Below, one piece after another: positions 27,626-37,393 of a stretch of 64,000 bases of DNA. The position numbers and the translations under genes are program-made. Position 1 is the first letter of the stretch; each line of letters begins with the position of its first letter. Below the pieces are notes generated by a model. It was not told the origin of the DNA. It worked only from the letters and a program-made list of their open reading frames with translations, and made no database searches. This DNA comes from Candidatus Omnitrophota bacterium (GTDB lineage: Bacteria > Omnitrophota > Gorgyraeia > Zapsychrales > JAHFFX01): the NCBI GenBank assembly GCA_023247705.1, contig JAHFFY010000001.1, forward strand, positions 33,358-97,357. The letters run 5' to 3'.

Positions 27626-28564
27626 ATGCCCAAAGTCAGCGTCATTGTTCCAACATTTAACCGTGCCAATCTCCTATCCGAGGCGATCCAGAGCGTATTG
27701 GATCAAACGTTTAAGGATTATGAGATCATTGTGGTTGACGTGGGATCAACGGATAACACACGGGAGATGATCGGACGATTTGGAGATCAAGTAAAATATT
27801 TCTATAAGGATCAATGTCCCGTATCAACTGCAAGAAATTTCGGGATGAAGAATTCGTGTGGGGAATATATTGCTTTTCTTGATGATGACGACTTATGGTA
27901 CAAGAACAAGCTTGCAGTTCAGGTGAAAGAACTGGATCAGAACCAGGAATTGGGTTTTTTATGTGCTGAAGCTGATGTCATGACCATGGATGGAAGAACA
28001 CTGTATACTTTGAGAAAAGGTTGGGGAAACAAGGAAAATTTTGAAAGTTTGTTTAATGAAAACTTTATTCCGATGTTAACGGTCTTGATGCGTCGAACAT
28101 GTTATGAGCAAATCGGCGGATTCGATGAAAATTTTATTAATTCCGAAGATTATGATTACTGGCTGAGATTAGCTCAAGTATATCAATTCAAGTATCTTGA
28201 CACCCCGTTGGCAAAATGGCGCGTGACCCCTAATAGTAAGAGTAAAAATATTGAGCGGATGTTTAAAGCGTATTGGAAAATTTTTACAAAAAAGAAGATT
28301 ATCAAGAATGTCCCATTTCGAAAGATCATTATTCGCCGTTCAAAATTCTGTTTGGAGTATGCTGACCTATATAAACAAAAAGGACAATTTTTGCAATCTG
28401 CCCAAGCGTATTTAAAGGCTGTTCTTGTCTTCCCGCTTATTGGGTTTTACATATGGCCGAAAGAAATACGACGGATACATTTTACGCTTTTTTATCGAAT
28501 TTTTAGGATTTATGGGCTGATGTTGTATAGTTTTCTTATGGCCATCAGGAATCCCAAGAATTGA
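27626..28564 (+). CDS. Family 2 glycosyltransferase (paralog A of tandem pair)
   Basis: VSVIVPTFNR, the VVDVGSTD variant of the DxGSTD-type motif, and an LDDDD DxD motif. Confidence 0.85.
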   Translation: MPKVSVIVPTFNRANLLSEAIQSVLDQTFKDYEIIVVDVGSTDNTREMIGRFGDQVKYFYKDQCPVSTARNFGMKNSCGEYIAFLDDDDLWYKNKLAVQVKELDQNQELGFLCAEADVMTMDGRTLYTLRKGWGNKENFESLFNENFIPMLTVLMRRTCYEQIGGFDENFINSEDYDYWLRLAQVYQFKYLDTPLAKWRVTPNSKSKNIERMFKAYWKIFTKKKIIKNVPFRKIIIRRSKFCLEYADLYKQKGQFLQSAQAYLKAVLVFPLIGFYIWPKEIRRIHFTLFYRIFRIYGLMLYSFLMAIRNPKN

Positions 28565-28582
28565 AATCCTAAGGGAAAGATT

Positions 28583-28729
28583 AGAACTTATCCCAAAATT
28601 TCTCATCAGGATTTTCGTGCGGGTGGCCCGGAGGCGGGTTCCCTGCCGCCCGCAGGTGATGAGGACGGCAGGGTGCCGCAGGGACAGAACCCGCAACAAA
28701 TTCACAGAAGCAATTTTGGGACAAGTTCT
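28583..28729. other. GC-rich structured element bounded by an 18-nt inverted repeat (MITE-like or structured RNA)
   Basis: AGAACTTATCCCAAAATT (28583-28600) pairs with AATTTTGGGACAAGTTCT (28712-28729) at 17 of 18 positions. The core 28616-28697 is about 70% GC and has nested stems GCGGGTTC/GAACCCGC and CCTGCCG/CGGCAGG. Confidence 0.5.
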
Positions 28730-28780
28730 AGACAGTTTGATCGCTCTGGTTGTTATTTGGTAGAAAGAATTAAATTTAAC

Positions 28781-29725
28781 GTGAAGATACCCAAAGTCAG
28801 CGTTATTATCCCGACTTATAATCGAGCCAATCTCCTATCCGAGGCGATCCAGAGCGTATTGGATCAAACGTTTAAGGATTATGAGATCATTGTGGTTGAC
28901 GTGGGATCAACTGATAACACGCGGGAGATGATCGGACGATTTGGAGATAAGATAAACTACATTTATCAAAAGCAATGTCCAGTCGCAACGACAAGAAATT
29001 TAGGAATGAAGAATTCATCTGGGGAATATATTGCCTTTCTTGATGATGATGACTTTTGGCACAAGAACAAACTTGAAATCCAGGTGAAAGAACTGGATCA
29101 GAACCAGGAATTGGGTTTTATCTGCTCTGAAGCTGATGTTGTGACCTTGGATGGAAAATTAATGTACACTTTAAAACGAGGGTGGGGAAACAAGGAAAAT
29201 TTTGAAAGCTTGTTTAACGAAAATTTTATTCCGGTGTTAACGGTCTTGATGCGCAGAAAATGCTATGAGCAAATCGGCGGATTTGATGAGAATCTTATTG
29301 CTGCCGAAGATTATGATTACTGGCTGAGATTAGCCCAGGTGTATCAATTCAAGTTTCTTGATGCCCCATTGGCGAAATGGCGCATGACTCCCAATAGTAC
29401 AAGCAAAAATATTCAGCAAATGTTCGAAGGACATTTGCAACTTTCTAGAAAAAAGAAAATTATTGCGAATGTCCCATATTTAAAAGTCATTATTCGACGT
29501 TCAAAGTTTTGTTTGGAATATGCTGAGCAATATAAACAAAAAAAGCAATTTTTGCAATCCGCCCAAGCTTACTTAAAAGCAGTTCTTGTTTTTCCAATGA
29601 TTGGTTTTTATATATGGCCCAAAGAAGTTAGAAAAATGCGTTTCACCTTGTTTCACCGAATTTTTAGAGTTTATGGCCTCATGTTGCAAAGTTTTTTTAT
29701 GGCCGTCAGGAATCCCCGCAAATGA
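28781..29725 (+). CDS. Family 2 glycosyltransferase (paralog B of tandem pair)
   Basis: It aligns with paralog A from VKIPKVSVIIPTYNR onward. The GTG 28781 start was chosen because homology to paralog A begins there. The track start at 28673 reads through the GC-rich spacer. Confidence 0.8.
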   Translation: MKIPKVSVIIPTYNRANLLSEAIQSVLDQTFKDYEIIVVDVGSTDNTREMIGRFGDKINYIYQKQCPVATTRNLGMKNSSGEYIAFLDDDDFWHKNKLEIQVKELDQNQELGFICSEADVVTLDGKLMYTLKRGWGNKENFESLFNENFIPVLTVLMRRKCYEQIGGFDENLIAAEDYDYWLRLAQVYQFKFLDAPLAKWRMTPNSTSKNIQQMFEGHLQLSRKKKIIANVPYLKVIIRRSKFCLEYAEQYKQKKQFLQSAQAYLKAVLVFPMIGFYIWPKEVRKMRFTLFHRIFRVYGLMLQSFFMAVRNPRK

Positions 29726-31011
29726 AAATTATAAAAAGATTTATACAAAATTTGATCAGAATATTTTTTATGCTATTGACATTGATCCGACAATGTTTGA
29801 GAAATAAGTCCGATATAAAGTTGGGTTTTCTTGTGGAAGAGTTCTTTCATGAAGATCTGAGAGGCTTTGGTGGTTTTGGAATGCTGGTTAAGTACATCAC
29901 GGATCATTTCAATCCCAAAAGAGGAATGTTTGGAGCAGATGTTTTATTAACTTTTCCGGTAGATTGCGATCAGCCACAAAAAAAAAGATATCATCACGCC
30001 AATGTGATTTTAAAACCTAAAGTTAATAAAAATTATGTTGCCAATTATTTGCGATATAGCAATCTGATCTTCCAAACACGCATCAATGCGTTTATCTCTA
30101 TTGATTATTATGGTTCATATGATTATCCATTATCAGTGTTTCCTCACATGCCTTTAATGATTTGGCATCAGGATCCGCGGGATGAACAAGAATGGGTGCA
30201 AATCATAACGGTTTCTTTAGAAGTGAAATTTTTAAGTAAATTTAAAACATTTGATTATAACCGTTTTATGAATAATCAGCGTACCTCAGTTGAAAAAATG
30301 CTTGATGACAGTAAAAGATTGAATCGAAAAATTTATTTTGTTAGTCAAGCAAATCAATTAAACGCAATGGCGGAACGATTATACGGCATTTCCAATACCA
30401 ACCCAACATTTTTGCCGAATCCGATTCAAAGCATTGGGGTTCAGCATCAGCATTTTTCTCAAAAGCCCTCTTTTCTTCTTTTGGGACGGTTAGATCCAAT
30501 CAAACGACCATGGATCTATTTTGAGTTGGCCAAACGGTTTAAGGAATATGATTTCTACGTGGCGGGTTCAACTCATTATCAGGAAGAGATGGATCGGGTT
30601 ATTGCCAACTATCAAAATATCCCTAATCTAAAATTTCTAGGAAGAATTATGAGCGAACAGAAGGATCAAATTTTGAATTCTATATGGGCGGTTATTAATA
30701 CCAGTATTCACGAGGCATTGCCCGTCTCTTTTTTAGAAGCTTTTGCCTATGGCAAACTGGTTATCAGCTGCCGTAATCCGGATAATTTAGTGAATCGGTT
30801 TGGTTTTTATACTGGAGAAATCTTAGGAGAGGGAACAGATCAGGTATCAATGGGAAAGTTTGAAACGGCTGTAAAAAAATTGGTATCAAAAGATTTTGAT
30901 AAAGAAACGAGGGGACTGGCTGCTCGTCAATATGTCCTGGAGACGCATACGTTTGAAAATTACGAGAAGATCGTTCGGGAAGTCCTAACGAATAAAAAAT
31001 CTTATCTCTAG
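29722..31011 (+). CDS. Family 1 (GT4-like) glycosyltransferase
   Basis: C-terminal GT-B half with LLGRLDP.KR and an E-x7-E motif (HEALPVSFLEAFAYG). ATGA overlaps the upstream stop. Confidence 0.65.
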   Translation: MKIIKRFIQNLIRIFFMLLTLIRQCLRNKSDIKLGFLVEEFFHEDLRGFGGFGMLVKYITDHFNPKRGMFGADVLLTFPVDCDQPQKKRYHHANVILKPKVNKNYVANYLRYSNLIFQTRINAFISIDYYGSYDYPLSVFPHMPLMIWHQDPRDEQEWVQIITVSLEVKFLSKFKTFDYNRFMNNQRTSVEKMLDDSKRLNRKIYFVSQANQLNAMAERLYGISNTNPTFLPNPIQSIGVQHQHFSQKPSFLLLGRLDPIKRPWIYFELAKRFKEYDFYVAGSTHYQEEMDRVIANYQNIPNLKFLGRIMSEQKDQILNSIWAVINTSIHEALPVSFLEAFAYGKLVISCRNPDNLVNRFGFYTGEILGEGTDQVSMGKFETAVKKLVSKDFDKETRGLAARQYVLETHTFENYEKIVREVLTNKKSYL

Positions 31012-31019
31012 GAGTTGAC

Positions 31020-32231
31020 ATGGGAGATCGTAAGAAAAAAATTGTTTTTTTAACTGATCCGCGAGAGTGGGGCGGGTGCGAGATATTGCTTTTAGATTAT
31101 CTGACGGCAATTGATTATTCTAAAGTAGAAGTTGTCCTCATGACAACCAACGATTTCTTCTCCAAACGAATCGCTGAACGGGGGTTACCGGTTAAGGTCG
31201 AACTATTCCCTTTCAAATTAGCAGGACATCCGTTAAGCAGATTTATAAAATTCTACCGAATGTTAAGCAAGTTCAAACCGATGGACAAGATTATTTATTT
31301 TACTGGTGGTTTTTATATTTTTAAATGGTCGGAATATTTAGCGGGATATATGCTCTCGAAAAAAGAAGTTTACTCAGTAGAAAATTTAGGACCATTCAAG
31401 CTGCCGGAAACGGGAGACAAAAAATATTTTGGTGTTATTCCACCGCTTAATCTATGGCGACATAAGAAAATATTTTTCGCCAAATTACGCCTTAGTCTCT
31501 GTAAACGGATTCTGACAGTTGGGCTTGATATCAAAACTCGCTTGGTGGATTGGTATGGATGCTCACCCAATAAAATTTTTGTAGCGTATAACGGTGTGAG
31601 TTCAAAAAAATTTAGCCCGGATAGATCCAAAAAAGAAAATTTTCTCAAACGCTATCACAGAACAACAGGTGATATCGTTATTACGAGTACGTCCCGATTA
31701 TCTCAAGAAAAATGCGTCTATCGGTTACTTGAGGCAATCGCGCAAATTAAAGATAAGTATCATAATATTTTTGTGGTGATCGTTGGGGACGGTCCGTTAA
31801 GATCCGAACTAGAGAAGTTAGCGGTCGAGAAAGGTTTGATGCCGATCATCAAATTTGTCGGTTATCAAGAGAACGTGGTCGATTTCCTCCATCTGGGCGA
31901 TATATTTGTTCTGCCGTCTGATTATGAGGGGTTTTCGATCGCGATGCTGGAAGCGATGGCGGTTGGTCTGATCCCGGTACGAACGGATACCTGCGGCGCA
32001 GGGGAAGTGATTATCCATGGCGAGAACGGATTTATTGTTGAATGCTCAACCGAGGGTGTTCGCAAGGGATTAGAAATGACCCTGAAACTTACGGCCGCAC
32101 AGAGACGTATCATGAGCGAAAAGGCCAGGAAAACAATTGAGGAAAATTTTGATTTTACCAAAAATATCAAAAGAGCTGTTTCATTTCTAGAATTAAGTCC
32201 TGTATCTGATTTTGATTCTTCAAAAGGTTAA
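31020..32231 (+). CDS. Family 1 (GT4) glycosyltransferase
   Basis: SRLSQEK, GDGP and YEGFSIAMLEAMAVG (E-x7-E) motifs are present. Confidence 0.8.
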   Translation: MGDRKKKIVFLTDPREWGGCEILLLDYLTAIDYSKVEVVLMTTNDFFSKRIAERGLPVKVELFPFKLAGHPLSRFIKFYRMLSKFKPMDKIIYFTGGFYIFKWSEYLAGYMLSKKEVYSVENLGPFKLPETGDKKYFGVIPPLNLWRHKKIFFAKLRLSLCKRILTVGLDIKTRLVDWYGCSPNKIFVAYNGVSSKKFSPDRSKKENFLKRYHRTTGDIVITSTSRLSQEKCVYRLLEAIAQIKDKYHNIFVVIVGDGPLRSELEKLAVEKGLMPIIKFVGYQENVVDFLHLGDIFVLPSDYEGFSIAMLEAMAVGLIPVRTDTCGAGEVIIHGENGFIVECSTEGVRKGLEMTLKLTAAQRRIMSEKARKTIEENFDFTKNIKRAVSFLELSPVSDFDSSKG

Positions 32232-32284
32232 ATCGCATCGGATTGCAGGAAAATTTGTAGAGTTTTACAAAAGGCGTAATCGTT

Positions 32285-33532
32285 ATGGAGAACCAGAAAA
32301 GAAAATTACGGATTGCCATGGTGGTATACGCATTCCCAGCGTTATCTCAGACATTTATTGTTAATCAAATCACCGGACTGATTGATCTGGGCCATGAAAT
32401 CGATATATTTTCGTTTATTAAATTGAAGGAGAATCAAATTGCCAACGATATTCATAAATACAATCTGTTAAGTAAGGTCACTTATCTTAAAGGCATTTCG
32501 AAAGATTTTAGTAAAACAATCCTAAGATTTCTTAAGTTATTTTTTCGTTTCATATTTATTTATCCCAAAGAGATTCTAAAAGTACTTAATATTTTTCAAT
32601 ATAAAAGCATGCGGATCGTATTAAACAATTTTTTTATACTTAGCTATTTTCTAGGGAAGAATTATGATGTGTTCCATTGCCATTTTGGTCTTGTTGGAAA
32701 AGAGCTTGTTTTCGTAAAAGAGATCATGCCTCAGGTAAAAATTATTACTCAGTTTCACGGTTATGATATCAGTAAATATATTAAAGAAAATGGCGAACAG
32801 ACATATGATGAACTTTTTAGAAAAGGAGATCATTTTTTGCCGGTCAGTGAACATTTCAAGAACCGGTTGCTCCAGTTGGGATGCCCTCAAGAGAAGATTA
32901 CGATTCATTATTGTGGTGTCTATCTTGACCGCTTTCCATGGTGTGAACATAAATTCGATTTTGGCCAGCGAATACAAATACTTTCGCTGGGGCGTTTGGC
33001 TGAAAAAAAAGGGGTAGAGTATATGATCAAAGCGGTCGCGCATTTAAGATTTAAATTTCCGCAGCTGCAATGTGAAATTGTGGGAGATGGAGAAGAGAGA
33101 ACTAAACTCGAAGAACTCGTTGAGCAAAATGATTTAGAACGGATGATTCAATTTAAAGGCAGTGTGACAACCGGAGAAGTTCAGCAATATTTCCAGAGAG
33201 CCGATATTTTCATTGCCCCCAGCGTGACTTCTTCCAGTGGGGATGAAGAGGGTTTAGTTGTTACGATCAAAGAGGCCATGGCCACCGGGACCCCCGTTAT
33301 CACAACAAACCATGCAGAAATTCCGGAGATGGTTAGAGATGGAATATCAGGTTTTTTGGTCAGCGAGCGTAATGCTCAGGAAATTGCGGACCGGATCACA
33401 TCTTTAGTCCTTAATCCTGACCTTTGTCGTACGTTTGCTTCCGGGGCCCGGAAAGTTGTTGAACAAAAATTCGATCAACTAAAATTAAATGAACAATTAG
33501 AAGAAATATATTTTAATGTCTCCAGCAGATAA
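32285..33532 (+). CDS. Family 1 (GT4) glycosyltransferase, WcaL-like
   Basis: N-terminus FPALSQTFIVNQI, plus GRLAEKKG, GDGEE and EEGLVVTIKEAMATG. Confidence 0.75.
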   Translation: MENQKRKLRIAMVVYAFPALSQTFIVNQITGLIDLGHEIDIFSFIKLKENQIANDIHKYNLLSKVTYLKGISKDFSKTILRFLKLFFRFIFIYPKEILKVLNIFQYKSMRIVLNNFFILSYFLGKNYDVFHCHFGLVGKELVFVKEIMPQVKIITQFHGYDISKYIKENGEQTYDELFRKGDHFLPVSEHFKNRLLQLGCPQEKITIHYCGVYLDRFPWCEHKFDFGQRIQILSLGRLAEKKGVEYMIKAVAHLRFKFPQLQCEIVGDGEERTKLEELVEQNDLERMIQFKGSVTTGEVQQYFQRADIFIAPSVTSSSGDEEGLVVTIKEAMATGTPVITTNHAEIPEMVRDGISGFLVSERNAQEIADRITSLVLNPDLCRTFASGARKVVEQKFDQLKLNEQLEEIYFNVSSR

Positions 33533-34454
33533 GAAAATAATAAGTATCATTATTGCGACTTTTCAACGTCCTGATCTTTTGAAAGATGCATTGAACAGTA
33601 TCTTGGGCTGTGAGTTGAATGACTCTTTTGATTATGAAGTCATTGTTGCTGATAATGACTCGCGTGATCACACTCAACAAGTGGTTGAGAACCTGATGCC
33701 TGATTTTCAGGGACGGTTAAAATATGTTTTGGAAGCAAAAAAAGGAAAAAGTTTTGCTATCAATACGGGTATTCTGGAATCTAAAGGCTCTTATATTGCG
33801 ATTACAGACGATGATTGCTTGATTGATAAGAATTGGATCTCTACGATTCATAGTACATTCGCTGTGTGCGATTTGGATATTTTATCCGGAAAAGTTATTC
33901 CATTGTTTGACCAAGAAAAACCTGATTGGATTGACTTTAATGTAAATTTTTTCCAAGGGCCCATGGTGTATTTTAACATGGGCGACAGTTATCTTGACAA
34001 TGCGAAACGGCCAATGTTTGCGGCGGGGGCCAACCTGATCTTGAAACGGTCGTCCATCGAGAGATTTGGACTGTTCCAAAAAGAAGCGCGCTCGCAGGAT
34101 ACCGAGATTTGTCATCGTTGGCAAAATCAAGGGGCTAAAATGGGCTATGATCCCAATCTGGTTGTCTATCATAAAACCCCTTTGTCCCGTTTGAATAAAA
34201 ATTATTTCCGTCAATGGCAGTTTACTCTTGGGAAGAATGCCGTTGAGATTTTTTTTTATGAGCGGTATTATTTCCAGGAGTCCAAACGAAATTGTTTCAA
34301 AATCCCGTTGTGGTTATATCGGAGGATTCTTTCCAGCATTGGTCGATATCTAAAGCAGATGTTCATTGGTAAAGCCACTTTTGCTGATGAATTATCGGTA
34401 TGGTTTCATTCGGGAGAGCTTTGCGGATTATGGAGTCAATATCATGCAGTATAG
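33516..34454 (+). CDS. Family 2 glycosyltransferase
   Basis: ISIIIATFQR, the VADNDSRD variant of the DxGSTD-type motif, and ITDDDC. Confidence 0.8.
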   Translation: MSPADKKIISIIIATFQRPDLLKDALNSILGCELNDSFDYEVIVADNDSRDHTQQVVENLMPDFQGRLKYVLEAKKGKSFAINTGILESKGSYIAITDDDCLIDKNWISTIHSTFAVCDLDILSGKVIPLFDQEKPDWIDFNVNFFQGPMVYFNMGDSYLDNAKRPMFAAGANLILKRSSIERFGLFQKEARSQDTEICHRWQNQGAKMGYDPNLVVYHKTPLSRLNKNYFRQWQFTLGKNAVEIFFYERYYFQESKRNCFKIPLWLYRRILSSIGRYLKQMFIGKATFADELSVWFHSGELCGLWSQYHAV

Positions 34455-35322
34455 CGTCATCATTTGTACTTACAATCGCGCTAACGACTTGGCGAAAGTA
34501 TTAGATCAGTTATGCAAACAATCGAAGGAAGTTGATGTTAAGCTAGAGTTTTTAGTGATTGATAACAATTCAACGGATCAGACACAAGAAATTGTGATTG
34601 AATTTGCAGAACAATATCATCACGTTCGATATTTGTTTGAAGACCGGCAGGGGAAGCCTTTTGCCTTAAATACGGCAATTCAGCAGGCAAAAGGGGATTG
34701 GTTATTCTTTACCGATGACGATGTCGTGTTTGATGATCATTGGCTCAAAGCAATGATTAACGCGGTGAACATATATTCGTTTAAATGTTTTTTTGGAAAG
34801 ATTATTCCTTTATGGCCCATGGAAAAACCGGATTGGTATGACCCCCGGATGGGCAGTGTGATTGTCAACGCTGATCACGGGAATAGCTTCAAAGATAAAA
34901 TGAATTATATGGTTGGTGCCAATATGGGCATCCATAAAGATATTTTTAAACAATACGGTGGTTTTAACGAAAAGATTAAGCGTTTTGAGGATTCCGAGTT
35001 GAGTCTCAGACTCCGGGAGAAAGTCAATATCGCATATGTTCCTGATGCGGTTGTTTACCATCCGGTTACTCCCTCACGAGTCAACAAACTATATTTTAAA
35101 AAATGGTATTTTGAAATGGGAAGGATTATTGATTTACGCCTCTTTGCTCAACAGCATAAGAAAATCTTGGGCATTCCCAGGTGGGTTTACCGCGCATTCT
35201 TGAAGCAATTGTTTTTATCTCTAAAATCAATCGATCCCAAGATCAGGTTTTATCATCAATTGCAAGTGTGGAGATACTTAGGATCATTCCAAGAGAAATG
35301 GTTTAATGCAAACGTAAAATGA
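34444..35322 (+). CDS. Family 2 glycosyltransferase
   Basis: YSVIICTYNR, DNNSTDQT and FTDDD motifs. ATG 34444 has GGAG 8 nt upstream; the track start at 34366 overlaps the preceding gene by about 90 nt. Confidence 0.8.
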   Translation: MQYSVIICTYNRANDLAKVLDQLCKQSKEVDVKLEFLVIDNNSTDQTQEIVIEFAEQYHHVRYLFEDRQGKPFALNTAIQQAKGDWLFFTDDDVVFDDHWLKAMINAVNIYSFKCFFGKIIPLWPMEKPDWYDPRMGSVIVNADHGNSFKDKMNYMVGANMGIHKDIFKQYGGFNEKIKRFEDSELSLRLREKVNIAYVPDAVVYHPVTPSRVNKLYFKKWYFEMGRIIDLRLFAQQHKKILGIPRWVYRAFLKQLFLSLKSIDPKIRFYHQLQVWRYLGSFQEKWFNANVK

Positions 35323-36515
35323 AAATCGCATTTGTCAATACAGAATATTTGCCGGTTCCGCCTACACGCGGTGGAGCGGTTGAAGAGTGGATCGAAAAGA
35401 TTGCGCAAAGTCTTAAAGAGCACGATATTTTTGTCTTGAGTTATGACGAAAAGCGTAAAAAATCATCAGATAAAAAATGGCATGTTCGATACTTTTGGTT
35501 CAAGCCGAATATTCTCGATAAACTCCTATTGTCAAATTATCGCCTACCGTTTAGACGTGATGATTCCAAGTGGCTATTTTATCCGTATTCTCTTTGGTGT
35601 GCGCAAGAATTAAAAGAAATAAAACCGGATGTGATTCATATTCATAATCGTCCGCATTTTGTGTGGATAATCAAGAAGCTGAACCCCGAAGCCAAAATTA
35701 TTCTGCATCTGCATCAGGTAAGCGCGATGGAAGAGAAAAATTTATGGACGAAAGAATTGATTGCCAGCATTGATTTATTTGTCGGTTGCAGCCAGTTTAT
35801 CGTTGATGAGATGATTCAACGCTATGGCGTTGATAAATCGAAAACAGCGGTTTTTTACAATGGGCTTGATTTGAATGATTTTCCGTCTATTTCGCGAAAG
35901 CAAGAAAAACGTTTAGCGCTTCGCCTAGAAAATAACCTGGCTGATAAAACAACGATTTTGTATGTGGGGCGTTTGGTGGAAAATAAAGGTGTGCATCATC
36001 TGGTTCAAGCGGTACGAGATCTGATCCAGCGTAAATTTTCGAATATAAAGCTTGTTGTCTGCGGGGCATGCGGTTATGCTAGCCGGCACATGACTCCCTA
36101 TGTCCAAAGAATTTATAATATAGCGTATGAAGTTAATGAAAACGTCTTTTTTACCGGTTTTATCTCTCATGAAAAGATTTTAGATTATTATTTAATGGCG
36201 GATCTCGTTGTTATACCATCAGAAGTCCAGGAAGGTTTTTGTTTAGTGACTATCGAGAGTATGGCGGCCGGTGTTCCGGTGATGGCAACGAAGAGGGGAG
36301 GAATGCCCGAAATTATAGAACACCGAAAAACAGGCATCATTGTCGGTGAACCATCCGCGGCCAATATCGAACAGCATATTGAAGAGTTTCTTAAAAATCC
36401 TGAAGGCTTCAGGCAATATATTGCGATAGGTCGAAAAACGGTTGAAGAAAAATTTACCTGGGACATTGTAAGCCGTAACGTGGCCAAAGTATACATGGAG
36501 TTGCAAAATGCCTAG
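35319..36515 (+). CDS. Family 1 (GT4) glycosyltransferase
   Basis: GRLVENKG and QEGFCLVTIESMAAG (E-x7-E) motifs. ATGA overlaps the upstream stop. Confidence 0.8.
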   Translation: MKIAFVNTEYLPVPPTRGGAVEEWIEKIAQSLKEHDIFVLSYDEKRKKSSDKKWHVRYFWFKPNILDKLLLSNYRLPFRRDDSKWLFYPYSLWCAQELKEIKPDVIHIHNRPHFVWIIKKLNPEAKIILHLHQVSAMEEKNLWTKELIASIDLFVGCSQFIVDEMIQRYGVDKSKTAVFYNGLDLNDFPSISRKQEKRLALRLENNLADKTTILYVGRLVENKGVHHLVQAVRDLIQRKFSNIKLVVCGACGYASRHMTPYVQRIYNIAYEVNENVFFTGFISHEKILDYYLMADLVVIPSEVQEGFCLVTIESMAAGVPVMATKRGGMPEIIEHRKTGIIVGEPSAANIEQHIEEFLKNPEGFRQYIAIGRKTVEEKFTWDIVSRNVAKVYMELQNA

Positions 36516-37392
36516 AGTTAGTATCCTTACCCCGGCTTACAATTGTGAGAAATATATCGTTGAAACGATTGAATCTGCTTTAAAACAGACTTTTCAGGAT
36601 TTTGAAATGATTATCGTTGATGATGGCTCGATCGATCGTACACAGGAAATCGTGGAGCGATATGTTTTCAATTTTCCAGAAAAAATCCGTTATATTTATC
36701 AAGCCAATGGAGGTCCGGCCAAGGCCAGAAATAGAGGGATCAGAGAATCGAAAGGAGAGTATCTTGCTCTTTTAGATGCGGATGATTTGTGGTTACCCAA
36801 TCGGCTAGAAGAGACGGTGGCCGTTTTGAATCGAAAAGCTGAAGTTGGACTCGTCCACGCAAAAACAAAAAGAATTTTAGAAGATGGGCGTTTCACCGAA
36901 ACACCTCGAAAGAATATTCGGTATTTATCCGGACACATCTTTCCTTATATCCTATTGAGAAAAGCAAATATTTCCTGTTTAACCGTTCTTTTTCGGAAAG
37001 AGTGTGTAGAGAAAGTTGGTTATTTTGATGAGACGAAAGAATGTTTCGGTGTTGAAGACCGCGATCTATGGTTAAGGATTGCTTCAAATTATCGAATCGA
37101 ATTTATTGATAAAGTCCTCGGATATTACCGGCTTCGCTCCAGCGGGATTAGTCAGGGAGAGAAAATCCAGGCTAACAAGATTTACGTGATCAATAAGCAT
37201 TGTTCCAGTGAACAACATAAAACTCTAAAGAAACTTGCGCTGGCCCAGATTTACCGGGAATTAGGCGATAGTCTGCTTGCTCAGAAAGAAATTGTCCAAG
37301 CCAAATACTATTACTGGCAGTCTATTTCTTTTTATCCATTCAAATTTTGGCCTTGGATCAATTTATTGAGATTATCATTAAGGAGATATTAA
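36508..37392 (+). CDS. Family 2 glycosyltransferase
   Basis: VSILTPAYN, VDDGSIDRT and LDADD motifs are present. Confidence 0.8.
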   Translation: MPRVSILTPAYNCEKYIVETIESALKQTFQDFEMIIVDDGSIDRTQEIVERYVFNFPEKIRYIYQANGGPAKARNRGIRESKGEYLALLDADDLWLPNRLEETVAVLNRKAEVGLVHAKTKRILEDGRFTETPRKNIRYLSGHIFPYILLRKANISCLTVLFRKECVEKVGYFDETKECFGVEDRDLWLRIASNYRIEFIDKVLGYYRLRSSGISQGEKIQANKIYVINKHCSSEQHKTLKKLALAQIYRELGDSLLAQKEIVQAKYYYWQSISFYPFKFWPWINLLRLSLRRY

Positions 37393-37393
37393 C

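Larger units (their letters stand above)
27603..29725 (+). repeat. Tandem duplication of a ~0.96-kb GT2 unit (27603-28564 and ~28762-29725) separated by ~200 nt of unrelated sequence
   Basis: The proteins are about 80% identical by eye. Some nucleotide stretches are almost identical (e.g. 27669-27780 vs 28827-28938) and others are diverged. Homology begins about 20 nt upstream of each start. Confidence 0.85.

Noticed and set aside
28634-28694. tRNA or tRNA-like gene in the GC-rich spacer.
   Set aside because: The helix-bounded unit is only about 60 nt and lacks a T-loop (GTTCRANNC), a D-arm pattern and a CCA-compatible acceptor.
28650-28697. Possible hammerhead ribozyme, because of GTGATGAGG followed by a short hairpin (CGGCA-GGG-TGCCG).
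   Set aside because: The core does not fit. The essential C of CUGAUGA is a G, and there is no GAAA(C) element after the helix. The flanking helices do not give the three-way junction geometry.
28673-28780. A 36-codon N-terminal extension of the second GT2 ORF (track start at 28673), reading MPQGQNPQQIHRSNFG...
   Set aside because: It reads through the GC-rich spacer and has no counterpart in paralog A. Homology between the copies begins only at about 28762, so the GTG 28781 start is preferred.
32651-33043. Long antisense ORFs opposite well-supported genes: this 130-aa one, and also 46236-46631, 14536-14922, 17436-17807, 21652-22032 and 37930-38380.
   Set aside because: All lie entirely inside genes with clear family motifs on the other strand. 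Their composition is low-complexity or odd, and they have no SD or promoter.
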